Shown here: in pieces, positions 19,364 to 29,252 of the stretch | Position numbering within the stretch: the stretch's first letter is position 1 | Layout: every line of letters starts with the position of its first letter | DNA from: an uncultured Candidatus Rokubacteria bacterium | GTDB taxonomy: Bacteria; Methylomirabilota; Methylomirabilia; Rokubacteriales; CSP1-6 | Direction of reading: 5' to 3' | Assembly (NCBI GenBank): GCA_963734175.1 | Contig: CAVTGC010000006.1 | Coordinates: forward strand, 423,682-487,681 | Length of the DNA stretch: 64,000 bases | The notes under the pieces: generated by a model | Seen by the model: only the letters and a program-made list of their open reading frames with translations | The model's database searches: none | What the model was told of the DNA's origin: nothing | Translations under genes and position numbers: made by a program

Positions 19364-19379
19364 CGGCACCCGCATTGCA
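19364..19379 (+). promoter_or_regulatory. sigma54 promoter of the DUF2267-USP-CBS operon
   Basis: CGGCAC-CCGCA-TTGCA upstream of the AAGGAG RBS. Confidence 0.7.
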
Positions 19380-19440
19380 CAGGTTTAGCGACGCCGGACG
19401 CAGCAAACACCTGGCGCTTCGAGCGCGAAGGAGAGCACCC

Positions 19441-19830
19441 ATGAAGGCGCGAACCCTGTACTCGAGAGTGAGCATCGAGGCAGACATCGATTCCCTGGAG
19501 GACTCGCGACAGGCGACCGCGGCGGTGCTGCGCGCCCTGCGTGACCGGCTGACTCCCGAGGAGGCCGACCAGGCCGCTGCCCAGCTACCGAAGGAGCTGA
19601 AGCGGCTGTGGGCGAGCGGGCGTCCGCCGTTCAGCCACCCGCTCAAGCTTCACCGCCGCCAGTTTCTGGAGCGCGTACGTGTCGATGCTGGTCTCAAGTC
19701 ACTCACTCAGGCCGAGATGGTGACCGACGCCGTGTTCGCCGCGCTCAAGGAACAACTCTCCGCCGGCGAGGCCAGTGATATCGTCGCTCAGCTGCCTCGT
19801 GATCTGAAGTCGCAGTGGGCCCGGGCGTGA
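19441..19830 (+). CDS. DUF2267-like protein
   Basis: Two repeats of AV..AL...L...EA.....QLP..LK..W. Confidence 0.85.
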   Translation: MKARTLYSRVSIEADIDSLEDSRQATAAVLRALRDRLTPEEADQAAAQLPKELKRLWASGRPPFSHPLKLHRRQFLERVRVDAGLKSLTQAEMVTDAVFAALKEQLSAGEASDIVAQLPRDLKSQWARA

Positions 19831-20273
19831 AGCGGATCGTGTACGCGACTGACTTCTCCGGGCCGGCCGCGGCGGCCGAGCGCCACGCCATTGAGATTGC
19901 AAAGGCGCTCGGCGCCGAGCTGGTGCTGGGGCACGTGGGGACCGACGCCATGCTGTGGCGCGAGGGCGTCTATACGCCCGAGGTACGCACCCTAGTGGAA
20001 GGGCAACGTAAGTGGGCGGCCGATGCTCTCGCGGCGCGGGCGGCCACCCTGGCTGAAGACGGCGTCACGGCCCGCGCCGTCGTGAAGGTCGGCGTGGCCT
20101 GGGAGGAGATCGTGCGCCTCGCTGCCGAGGAGCACGCCGACATGATCGTGATGGGAACCCAGGGCCGCACGGGCCTTGACCGTCTGTTGCTCGGCAGCGT
20201 GGCTGAGCGGGTCATCCGCCAGGCTCCCTGCCCGGTGCTCACCGTCCGGCCCCAAGTTGACCAGCAGGAGTAG
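19827..20273 (+). CDS. Universal stress protein
   Basis: IVYATDFS ... IVMGTQGRTG ... GSVAERVIRQAPCPVL. Confidence 0.95.
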   Translation: MKRIVYATDFSGPAAAAERHAIEIAKALGAELVLGHVGTDAMLWREGVYTPEVRTLVEGQRKWAADALAARAATLAEDGVTARAVVKVGVAWEEIVRLAAEEHADMIVMGTQGRTGLDRLLLGSVAERVIRQAPCPVLTVRPQVDQQE

Positions 20274-20278
20274 CAAGT

Positions 20279-20737
20279 ATGACGAAGGTGAATGAGCTCA
20301 TGACGGGCAATGTCGTCACCATCGACGCGGACGCATCGGCCCACGACGCCGTCGCGCTGATGGTGCGCAACAAGATTCGCCATCTGCCGGTCGTGGATCA
20401 CGCCGGCCGGTTGTGCGGCATCGTGACCGACCGCGACCTGCGCCATCGGCTCTTCGCGGCTGACGTGTTTCGCTCCATCGGCACCGTGCCGGTCGAGCGG
20501 CTCCTGTCCGAGATCCGGCTGCGGGATCTGATGTCGGCGCCGGTGATCTCCGTCGGTCTCGATGCAGACCTCGAAGAAGCCGCGCGTGTCATGGCCCAGG
20601 ACAAGCTCGGCTCGCTCCCAGTCGTGGACCACGGCCGCATCATGGGGATCGTCACCGAGACCGATGTGCTCCGCCGCGTCGTCGGCCGTGATGCCTGCTG
20701 CGCCGACGTCGAGGCGATCGTGGTGTCCTACCCATGA
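20279..20737 (+). CDS. CBS-domain pair protein
   Basis: IRHLPVV..GIVTDRDL; LGSLPVV..GIVTETD. Confidence 0.95.
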   Translation: MTKVNELMTGNVVTIDADASAHDAVALMVRNKIRHLPVVDHAGRLCGIVTDRDLRHRLFAADVFRSIGTVPVERLLSEIRLRDLMSAPVISVGLDADLEEAARVMAQDKLGSLPVVDHGRIMGIVTETDVLRRVVGRDACCADVEAIVVSYP

Positions 20738-21090
20738 TCGCCCGGGTGGAAGTCCACGGTCTGCCGGCGACACGGTTGGCGCGCCTGCGCGCCGACCAGC
20801 AGGTGGCGGCGACACTTCCCGCGCTCCCACCCCGCGTCACCAGCGCCCGGGTCGTCTTCAGCGACGACAACGGCGCCTAGGGCGGACTCGACATGCGCTG
20901 CGCGATAACCGTGTAACCTGAGCGGCCGGCGACGGCTCCATGTGGAGAACGTGGCCACGACGCCGCAACAGGCCCTGGATGGCGCCCTCGCGCTCGAGCG
21001 GCGTATGCTACGCACGGAAGCATCCGAACGGGACAGCCGGCGCCGGCCGAAGAAGTACTACGCCGCGTCGCAGGTCACAAACAAGGGGGC

Positions 21091-21987
21091 ATGACGATGC
21101 GGGTGCTACTGGCGACCGACGGCTCCGACGACGCGCGCACCGCCGGCGCGTGGCTGACGCAGTTCCCTCTCCCGGCTGGCAGCCACCTGCGTGTCGTCTG
21201 CGCCGTCAGCATTCCACCGTCCGCTCTGGACGTCCCGCCCGTCAGGGACTTCGTGGCTTCGCTGCGCGCCGCAGCAAAGCGAGACGCCGAGGCCGCTCGC
21301 GCCGAGCTCGCGCCCTGGTTCACCGACAGCGACGCCCAGGTGCTCGAGGGCGATGCCCGCGAGGCCATCCTGCGCGCGGCCGAAGAGTGGCCCGCCGACC
21401 TCATCGTGCTCGGAGCCCGCGGGCTGGGCGCGGTGGCCGGGTTCCTGCTCGGCAGTGTATCGCTGGGCGTGGCGCGCCACGCGCGCTGCAGCGTACTGGT
21501 GGTCAAGCCCGGCGCCAGTGTCATGCGGCGCATCCTCATCGCCGTCGATGGCTCCGCGCACGCCGCCGCCGCCGCGGCGTTCGTCGCCAAGCTGCGCCTG
21601 GACCCGACGATGGTGGTGCAGCTGGCCGGCGTGGCGCAGTCGCCTCCGTATCCGGCAACGACGCCGAGGTTCGCGAGCGGCATGGTGCGGGACGCCATCA
21701 CCCAGATCGTGAAAGAACGCACGGCTGCCCTCGAGCAGGCTCTGGCCAAGGCGGCGTCGCCGTTCGCCGGAGTCGTGAAGAAGATCGAGCGGCAGGTGTT
21801 CGTGGGGCACCCGCTGGATGTGCTACTCGAGGCCGCCACCAAGTCCGACGTCGGTCTGGTCGTGGTCGGCGCCCGTGGGCTCGGGACGCTGAAGCGGCTG
21901 GTGCTTGGCAGCGTGTCCGAAGGCGTCCTGCGGCACGCCGATCGGCCGGTGCTCATCGTCAAGACCGGCGAGCCCGAGGGCCGCTGA
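21091..21987 (+). CDS. Tandem-domain universal stress protein
   Basis: Two USP domains (LATDGS/GARG/LGSVS; IAVDGS/GARG/LGSVS). Confidence 0.95.
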   Translation: MTMRVLLATDGSDDARTAGAWLTQFPLPAGSHLRVVCAVSIPPSALDVPPVRDFVASLRAAAKRDAEAARAELAPWFTDSDAQVLEGDAREAILRAAEEWPADLIVLGARGLGAVAGFLLGSVSLGVARHARCSVLVVKPGASVMRRILIAVDGSAHAAAAAAFVAKLRLDPTMVVQLAGVAQSPPYPATTPRFASGMVRDAITQIVKERTAALEQALAKAASPFAGVVKKIERQVFVGHPLDVLLEAATKSDVGLVVVGARGLGTLKRLVLGSVSEGVLRHADRPVLIVKTGEPEGR

Positions 21988-21993
21988 TCGGCC

Positions 21994-22437
21994 GTGAGGG
22001 CGGCCGCGCTGATCCTCGCAGTGGCCGCCGGCCTCGCGATCGGAGTTGGCGCCTACACCTTCGTCTATGCGCGTGGTGTCTCCTATCTCACCAATAAGCC
22101 ATCCGCCTGCGTCAATTGCCACGTGATGCGCGAGCAGTACGATGGCTGGATCGCGGGTAGCCACCGCGCCGTCGCCGTCTGCAACGACTGCCACACCCCG
22201 CCGGGGCTCGTGGGCAAGTACGCCACCAAGGCGCTCAACGGCTTCTGGCACTCGTTCGCGTTCACCACGGGACGGTTCCACGAGCCCATCAGGATCAATG
22301 CCCGAAACCACGCCGTGACCGAGACCGCCTGCCGCCATTGCCACGCGGCCGTCGTCGAGGCCATCGACACCGGCCGCCACGGCACCGCGCGCCTGACGTG
22401 CACGGGTTGCCACGCCTCGGTCGGGCATCTCCAGTGA
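21994..22437 (+). CDS. nrfH: Cytochrome c nitrite reductase small subunit
   Basis: N-terminal TM; four CxxCH (CVNCHVM, CNDCH, CRHCH, CTGCH). Confidence 0.92.
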   Translation: MRAAALILAVAAGLAIGVGAYTFVYARGVSYLTNKPSACVNCHVMREQYDGWIAGSHRAVAVCNDCHTPPGLVGKYATKALNGFWHSFAFTTGRFHEPIRINARNHAVTETACRHCHAAVVEAIDTGRHGTARLTCTGCHASVGHLQ

Positions 22438-22444
22438 GGACCGT

Positions 22445-23809
22445 ATGAAGCGATCGCTCGTGGTCGTGCTGATCGCGGCGCTGGCGATCCTGGCCGGGGC
22501 CGGCGGCGTCGCCCTGCTCGTGAACATCCTCGAGCGCAAGAGCGAGGCGAGGAACCCCTTCTATCGGGTCGTGGAGCTGAACGACACGCTCACCGATCCG
22601 GCCGTGTGGGGGAAGAACTTCCCATTGCAGTACGACAGCTACCGGCGGACCGTCGACCAGGTCCGGACACGCTATGGCGGCAGCGAGGCCGTGCCCCGCA
22701 CGCCGAGCCAGGCCGATCCACGCTCGATCGTCGCCCAGTCCCGGCTCGAAGAGGACCCGCGCCTGAAGACTATGTGGGCCGGCTACGCGTTTGCCAAGGA
22801 CTTCCGCGAAGAGCGCGGCCACGCCTACATGCTGGAAGATCAGACGTACACCGAGCGGCAGATCGTGGCGAAGCAACCCGGCACCTGCCTCAACTGTCAC
22901 GCCTCGACCTATACCGCCATGAAGACTCTCGGCGGCGGCGACCTCGTCAAGGGCTTCGAGGCCATGAACCGCCTGCCGTACGCCGAGGCCCGGCGGCTCG
23001 TGAGCCACCCGGTGGCGTGCATCGACTGCCACGCGCCTGACACGATGGAGCTGCGGGTTACCCGGCCCGCCTTCATGGAGGGCATTCGGGCGGCGAAGGG
23101 CACCGAAGGCGTGAAGAACTACGACGTGAACCGCGACGCCACCCGCCAGGAGATGCGTGCATTCGTGTGCGGGCAGTGCCACGTCGAGTATCACTTCAAG
23201 GGGGCGGACAAGCGGCTCGTCTACCCGTGGTCGAAGGGCCTGAAGGTGGAGCAGATTCTGGCGTACTACGACGACGAGAAGTTCAAGGACTGGACGCACG
23301 CGGAGACCGGCGCGCCAGTGCTCAAGGCCCAGCACCCCGAGTTCGAGATGTGGAGCCAGGGTATCCACGCGCGCTCCGGCGTGGCCTGTGCGGACTGCCA
23401 CATGCCCTACATGCGGGTGGGCGCGCTGAAGATCAGCGACCACCACGTCCGAAGTCCGTTGCTCAACGTCAACCGGGCGTGCCAGACCTGTCATCGGTGG
23501 TCGGAGGACGAGCTGAAAGCCCGGGCGCTCATCATCCAGCAGCGGACGTTCGGGCTGCGCAACCGGGCGATGGACGCGCTCATCGCCCTCATCGGGGACA
23601 TCAAAGGCGCCGCCGCCGACGGCCGCACCGAGGCGCAGCTCGCCCCCGCCCGCGATTTCCAGCGCAAGGCCCAGTTCTACCTGGACTTCGTCGAGGCCGA
23701 GAACTCCACAGGCTTCCACGCTCCCCAGGAGGCTGCCCGGATCCTGGCCGAGTCGATCGACTTCACGCGGCAGGGCCAGCTCGCGCTGCGCGGCGGACGT
23801 GCCCGCTGA
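22445..23809 (+). CDS. nrfA: Ammonia-forming cytochrome c nitrite reductase (CxxCH clade)
   Basis: Five heme motifs, RGH, KAQHPEFE, HARSGVACADCHMPY, ENSTGFHAP. Confidence 0.95.
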   Translation: MKRSLVVVLIAALAILAGAGGVALLVNILERKSEARNPFYRVVELNDTLTDPAVWGKNFPLQYDSYRRTVDQVRTRYGGSEAVPRTPSQADPRSIVAQSRLEEDPRLKTMWAGYAFAKDFREERGHAYMLEDQTYTERQIVAKQPGTCLNCHASTYTAMKTLGGGDLVKGFEAMNRLPYAEARRLVSHPVACIDCHAPDTMELRVTRPAFMEGIRAAKGTEGVKNYDVNRDATRQEMRAFVCGQCHVEYHFKGADKRLVYPWSKGLKVEQILAYYDDEKFKDWTHAETGAPVLKAQHPEFEMWSQGIHARSGVACADCHMPYMRVGALKISDHHVRSPLLNVNRACQTCHRWSEDELKARALIIQQRTFGLRNRAMDALIALIGDIKGAAADGRTEAQLAPARDFQRKAQFYLDFVEAENSTGFHAPQEAARILAESIDFTRQGQLALRGGRAR

Positions 23810-24094
23810 CCCGCGCCACGCCGAGACTCCTCACACAGCCGGCTCGCCGAGTGCTGCGACCGCGCTCCACCGGGATGCGTCGTGGTTCGGTGGCGCGGCT
23901 GTGCGTTCGGAACCTGTACGGGGAGTGGGCCCACGCGGCGTCCCTGTGAAGCGGAAGACCGAAACAATCGATCGGCTTCTATGAAGCGAAGGAATGGGAG
24001 GCGCTGACGACTAGAGCGCGCGCAAGACAGGCTCCGTGTTTGAGTTTTGACTTTTACTGAACCCGGAGGAGCGGGAGCATCAACGACATTCGAA

Positions 24095-24131
24095 TGGTGG
24101 CCCCAACGGGATTCGAACCCGTGTTTCAGCC
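24095..24131 (-). repeat. 37-bp exact direct copy of the tRNA-Glu 3' end (att-like)
   Basis: tggtggccccaacgggattcgaacccgtgtttcagcc is identical to 52344-52380. Confidence 0.95.
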
Positions 24132-24216
24132 ACGGTCACGTTTTCGCTAAAGATCGCAGAGGCTTATACGCTGTTTAGTGCCGAGAAAAGCGACAGGACT
24201 AAAACACGCAGCTCGA

Positions 24217-24250
24217 AAACACGGGTTCGATTCCCCAACGGGACACGCCC
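24217..24250 (+). repeat. Inverted, imperfect copy of the tRNA-Glu T-arm/3' end
   Basis: aaacacgggttcgattccc matches the tRNA sense strand at 18/19 and pairs with 24108-24126. Confidence 0.8.
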
Positions 24251-24780
24251 GTCAGACTGTTGGGCTTGTGATGTGTTTCGAGGCGATCGTGATGGCCGCC
24301 TAGGGGCTGGGCTCGAGCCTCTCGGGCTTGACCTTGAAAGAGTCGGTTCGAGACCTTTCGAGATGGGCATTTACCGCGCCTTTGCCACACGTCGTTGCCA
24401 CTGAGCGAGGTACTCGCCTTGATCCGGATCAGCCGCCTCACAGGTTTCAGCCCTTTCCACGGCCGTTGGTCTTCTCAATGCCAACTTTCTGCGCGGGCCC
24501 AGACGGGGCGGCTCGGCCCATACGCTGACACCGTGCAGTGGTCAGGGCGCGCCCGCAATGAGGTTTGTGATCGGGACAGCCTCGCTCAGTGAGCCACTCG
24601 TCACGGCGCTGCTCGCGGGTGAATCGACGCAGCTTCCCGGAACCCCTGGATTCATCGTTTCTTAGGAGTGCGGCGCCGAGCGTGGGCCGAGATCCCGACG
24701 AATCCGCTGCCGGTTCCGCTCGGCCAGACGGACGTAATAGTCCGCCCACGCTTCGCTGAAGCAAGTGTATTCGGTACACC

Positions 24781-25020
24781 GTGAAAGTTCAGCCACGACT
24801 GCGGGTGTCACGGATCATGGCGCTCCTGCTCTACGGCGCTGGCCTCCGCCTGTTGGAGAGCTGCCGCCTGCGTGTGAAAGACGTCGACTTCGCGGCAAAC
24901 CAGATCGTGATTCGGGACGGCAAGAGCCGCAAAGATCGCGTCACGATGCTACCGGCGGCGGTCAGGACCCTGCTCGCGCAGCACATCGACCAACGGCGCA
25001 CGGCTCCCGTAGCTCGCTGA
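24781..25020 (+). pseudogene. Integron integrase (IntI-like) fragment
   Basis: LLYGAGLRLLESCRLRVKDVDF..QIVIRDGKSRKDRVTMLP; N-terminal and catalytic C-terminal parts are missing. Confidence 0.85.
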
Positions 25021-25376
25021 TTGCGCGTCGCCTTCGAGCTGCGATCGGCAAGGCAGCGCACCGCGCACTCGGTCGTGCGCAGCGAACGGCCGGAAGGATA
25101 TCAGGTGGGCGGCGGCCATTGCACACGCCTCGTCGCGCACCCTCCCCTAGTTCCACTACCCGCAGTAGCGTCGTGTTATCCTCCACAAGTCTGTTTTCAG
25201 ATTGCGCACCCCACGCCGCTGACTGAAACTCAAGACTCTGGGTAGTGTGATGAATATTCATCGTCGTTGCGTTCGTCATAAATTCTCATCCCGATATTGA
25301 TCCGGAAGCGCTCGTACTGGGCCGCGTCCCATCGGCTTGGCGCCATCGCCAGATCCCTAAGGTCAAAGGAGAATCT

Positions 25377-27047
25377 ATGGATGCTGGGTTCCTGCGACGA
25401 GTGGTCTTCCTCCGGGCGGTCCGATTCAATCTGGTCGCGACAGCCCTTGTATTTTCGGTGTTGAGCGCCCTAGCCGTCTCGGTAGGCGCTCAGACGATCA
25501 CGATCACGGGAGCAAGTACCGGCATATTTCTGAATGCTGACGGCGGCGTCACGTCGGGAGTCGGAACGAACCGCTTCACCTGGGGCGATCCCGGCAACCT
25601 AGGAACGGGCCCCAGCGCGCTCTCTTTCGTTGGAACTTCGTTCAACACGAGTGTCCAACGGAACTACGTCTTCGGGAGTCCTCAACGGCTCTCTGACGTG
25701 ATCACTTTAGGTACGCTGGAATACTTCAACGGGGCCATCCTCCCGAGTTCAAGGGCGAATTCCGTCGCCCTTGAGCTGACGTTTTCGCTTACGACGCCAT
25801 CGGGATTGCCTCCAGGCTCATCCTCGGGGACGCTCGTATTGATTGACACGCCGAACACAACCGACCCAGTTGGCAGCGCCGATTTCGTGCTTCTCCCGGT
25901 CCCCACACAGGGGATATCGTCTGTTGTTCTTCACACACCGGACGGCGTTCCGTTGACGCTCCAGGATATGCATTTCGGTCCCGTGAACGGCAGTGGCTTT
26001 GGTACGCTTGACGAGTTTTTCGTCCTGGAGGGAAGATCTGCCAGTGCACCGCTTCTGGGCCGCTTCCGTCCTCCATGCGAGGAGATCCTGCGGAATGCTA
26101 CGAAAGTACCTATTACTCTCCCTGAGCAGCATGTTATGTCGGCATTTTTCTTACCCAACTTCCGACTTACTCTTACAGAGGCCGCCGTTGAATGCGGCTA
26201 TGACCACTTCAACTGGTATCAGCGGGTGACCGAGGACCCCTATCCGCCGGGCGGGCTTAGTGTTCCGTACATCGATCCGCCGAACGGCGGCGGCGTTGCC
26301 TTTCAAGGGGCTGCGGACAATCTTCCCTTCTATTGGGATGAGAGCGGAGAGAACACCGACTTTTTATTGTCTACAAACACCCCCGGGGATGCTCTGCTCA
26401 ACTTCGCGGACGTTCCAAAAGACGGGAGGATCCTTCCCGGTCAGTTTATGAAGTTCACGACCGCTTTGGTCGGGGTGCGTGTAGATGGAAGCTTCGAGCT
26501 GCTCTACGTCTTCGACTGGAAGAGCAACTTCAATGGTATTAGCGGGGGCGTGAGTCGGAGAGGGTCGGGTGGCGACGAGCCTGGAACAGGTGGCATCTTT
26601 GACGTTCGGCTCGACCTGACTGAGGCGGATCTCTCGGAGAAAGAGAAGGCTGCAATGGCGCGGGACGGGGCGACTAACATTTCTTCTGCTGACATTACAC
26701 CGCCAGCAATCTCGCTGTCGGCAACTCCGCAGATCCTCTGGCCGCCGAACGGTAAGATTACGCCGGTCGGCGTGGTGGGCGCCATTTCCGATGACTCAAG
26801 CGGGATAGACCCTGCGACCGTAGCGTTCTCCGTTGTTGATGACTATGGACTCATCCAGCCTAGCGGCCCCGTCGCGCTGAAGGCTGACGGCAGCTATGCC
26901 TTCGTATTGCCTTTGGAGGCCCGACGCGCGGGCAATGATCGCACCGGACGTGACTATCGAATCACCATTACTGCCACGGACTTCGCCGGCAACGTCAGGT
27001 CTCGGTCTACGCTCGTCACTGTTCCCCATGACAAGCTCCAAAGGTGA
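25377..27047 (+). CDS. Secreted surface protein: choice-of-anchor K-like N-terminus and LWPPN-type Ig-like C-terminus
   Basis: Signal peptide; FTWG..SALSF..LGTLEYFNG..DTPN..SAD; C-terminus DITPP..LWPPNGK..GRDYRITITATD..VPHD. Confidence 0.7.
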   Translation: MDAGFLRRVVFLRAVRFNLVATALVFSVLSALAVSVGAQTITITGASTGIFLNADGGVTSGVGTNRFTWGDPGNLGTGPSALSFVGTSFNTSVQRNYVFGSPQRLSDVITLGTLEYFNGAILPSSRANSVALELTFSLTTPSGLPPGSSSGTLVLIDTPNTTDPVGSADFVLLPVPTQGISSVVLHTPDGVPLTLQDMHFGPVNGSGFGTLDEFFVLEGRSASAPLLGRFRPPCEEILRNATKVPITLPEQHVMSAFFLPNFRLTLTEAAVECGYDHFNWYQRVTEDPYPPGGLSVPYIDPPNGGGVAFQGAADNLPFYWDESGENTDFLLSTNTPGDALLNFADVPKDGRILPGQFMKFTTALVGVRVDGSFELLYVFDWKSNFNGISGGVSRRGSGGDEPGTGGIFDVRLDLTEADLSEKEKAAMARDGATNISSADITPPAISLSATPQILWPPNGKITPVGVVGAISDDSSGIDPATVAFSVVDDYGLIQPSGPVALKADGSYAFVLPLEARRAGNDRTGRDYRITITATDFAGNVRSRSTLVTVPHDKLQR

Positions 27048-27373
27048 GCACGGTACTATCGGATTGACCCAGACCGCGTCTGCTACCTCAGAAGACAGAG
27101 GTGCCAGGCTGTTGTTGGTCGATGCTGTCCGTGGTGTCCGTGTGGTCCCTGCCGACAGCCGGGAGCAAGGTCTGAGTTTGGATGCAACTCCCGCGAGCAT
27201 GACCGCAGCGACCGGAGAGTAGCCGTTTGCAGAGAGCGACATCAGCGCCCCTTCAGCCCGCGCGGGTCAACGGTGTCGGGGATGTCACCCCGTAAGCTTC
27301 CCCGTCCCGTAGACCGTTTGGAACTAGACTTTCGCCGGGTTTGACGTTGGTCCCGAAACGAGACAACTCGTAA

Positions 27374-28227
27374 CTAGACCGGCGCCGCTTCGGCGGTGGC
27401 CATGACCTGACGTTGGGCGACGAACTCGGTCGGCGTCAGGTGGCCGAGCGAGCCGTGTGGCCGGCGCTGATTGTAGTCGATTCGCCACGCTTCGATCTTG
27501 GCCTGCGCGTCGGCGATCGACGCGAACTGGTGCACGTTCAAACACTCGTCGCGCAGCCGTCCGTTGAACGACTCGATGAACGCGTTTTCTATGGGCTTCC
27601 CCGGGCGGATGAAGTCGAGCTGCACGCCGCGGCGATACGCCCAGTCCTCGAGCGCCCGCGACATGGAACTCCGTGCCATGATCCACCGTGATCGAGCGTG
27701 GCCGCGGCGCGTCCGCCGAGCACGTGGTCCAGGGCCTCGCCGACCGTGTCTCCCGACATGCTCGACGCCACCTCCAGTAACGGGCTGGAGCGACTCCACT
27801 GATCGACCACGGTCAGGATCCGAAACGGGCGGCCATCCGCCAGCGCATCATGCACGAAGTCCATGCTCCACCGCTCCGTGGGCCCCGCGGGGACGGGCGC
27901 GGGGCCCCGGTGCAGGGCGATGTGCTTGCGCCGCCGGACCCGCATGCGGAGCTGCAGGCCGTCGAGCCGATAGAGCCGACGCACGCGCTTCCGATTCACG
28001 GTCCAGCCGTCGCGGCGCAACAACACCCAAATCCGCAGGTACCCGAACCGCGGCCGCGCGTGGGCGAACTCACGGATGCGGAGCCGCAGCGCGGACTGAT
28101 CCCGCGCTCGACTCCGGCGATACCACGCCGCTCGACTGAACTGCGCCAGCCGACAGGCCCGCGCGCAGCTGACCTGGAAGGTCGCCTGAAACCACCCGGC
28201 CAGCTCGCGACGGCGCGCGGGCGTCAG
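27374..28227 (-). CDS. IS3 transposase OrfB (DDE); extra frameshifts near 27660-27710
   Basis: WSMDFVHD, LTVVD, DHGTEF, PGKPIENAFIESFNGRLRDECLN, YNQRRPH. Confidence 0.9.
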
Positions 28228-28490
28228 GCTTTTTTTCGCAGGGCCTCCGGCAGCATGTGTTTGTCGAGCGTGAGGTCCGCCACCAGGCGCTTCAGCCGGC
28301 CGTTTTCGTCCTCGAGCTGTCGCAGCCGACGCAGCTCGCTCACGCCCAGGTGCGCGTACTTCTTCTTCCAGGCATAGAACGTGGCTTCGCTGACGCCGAG
28401 CTGCCGGCAGACGTCGCCGACCGGCGTGCCCGCCTCGACCTGGCGGAGGGCGTAGGCGACCTGCTCCTCGGAGAACTTCGAGCGCTTCAT
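28224..28490 (-). CDS. IS3 transposase OrfA
   Basis: MKRSKFSEEQ..CRQLGVSEATFYAWKKKY..LEDENGRLKRLVADL. Confidence 0.95.
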   Translation of the reverse strand: MKRSKFSEEQVAYALRQVEAGTPVGDVCRQLGVSEATFYAWKKKYAHLGVSELRRLRQLEDENGRLKRLVADLTLDKHMLPEALRKKA

Positions 28491-28574
28491 CGGTCCCCTC
28501 CCGTGTGTGGTGGACCGCCGAAGCCGCTACCGTACTCTAGTTTTGAGTTGCCGTCGTTTTCCGGGGAGACGTCA

Positions 28575-28624
28575 GAAGCGGCGCCGCTCTAGTTACGAGT
28601 TGTCTCGTTTCGGGACCAACGTCA
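28575..28624 (+). repeat. Extra 50-bp IS3 right-end copy in inverted orientation
   Basis: Reverse complement is 49/50 identical to 27342-27391. Confidence 0.92.
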
Positions 28625-28904
28625 CGACATCGGCGTGAACGTTAACGTCCCGTCGCGCGTGAAGGAGAGGCTGGAGGGGCGGGCGCTCACGAGTCACGTA
28701 CCGAGAGTGCCGGACGTGGCCGTGGAGCAAGGACGTGTAGCGGTACAGCTGCCCGGCAAGACAGCGGGGATCTGGGTGCTGTGAGCCGTGACGCCCCGAT
28801 CGTGGCCGGGGGAAGTGGCAATCGCGCGGCGAGGAATACGGCGCCACGCCACCGCACAGGTTCGTTACGCAGAACGTGACGGCCCACCCCCGATATCCGG
28901 CACT

Positions 28905-29016
28905 TGGCCTCACTGATTTGCATCCAGCTGGTCGCTCCACCCATCGCGCGCAGAATGACTTCCCGAATCGTCATGGCCCGCTCCAGGGCCGCCGGCGACG
29001 GGATGGACAGCTGCAC
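28905..29016 (-). pseudogene. N-terminal fragment of an ISNCY/IS481-like HTH transposase
   Basis: ALERAMTIREVILRAMGGATSWMQISE, then similarity is lost. Confidence 0.55.
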
Positions 29017-29252
29017 GGTCCAGCAACGACCATCGAGGACTACGAATATTCAAACGTCGCTTGATTCATCCAGCGACGATGAGAGGCGGGGTCGCCGCGA
29101 TAAGCCGCACCACGCAAGCGGGATCCCTTGGCAATGGGAGCGAACAGCGTGGCCGCGCGACTAGCCTCAGCTACGTTCGCGATCGGGCCGTTCGGCTCCA
29201 AGTGGGATGAAGGCGTTGGACATCCGGCGGCGCGACGGGCCGGTCACTGACC

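Larger units (their letters stand above)
27342..28574 (-). mobile_element. IS3-family insertion sequence
   Basis: TG...CA imperfect terminal IRs (tgacgt..gaaa..caactc..aactaga); orfA/orfB; A7G slippery site at 28229-28236. Confidence 0.92.

Noticed and set aside
24300-24365. tRNA-like bits (ccttgaaagag, ggttcgagacc)
   Set aside because: No cloverleaf can be formed and the matches are too short.
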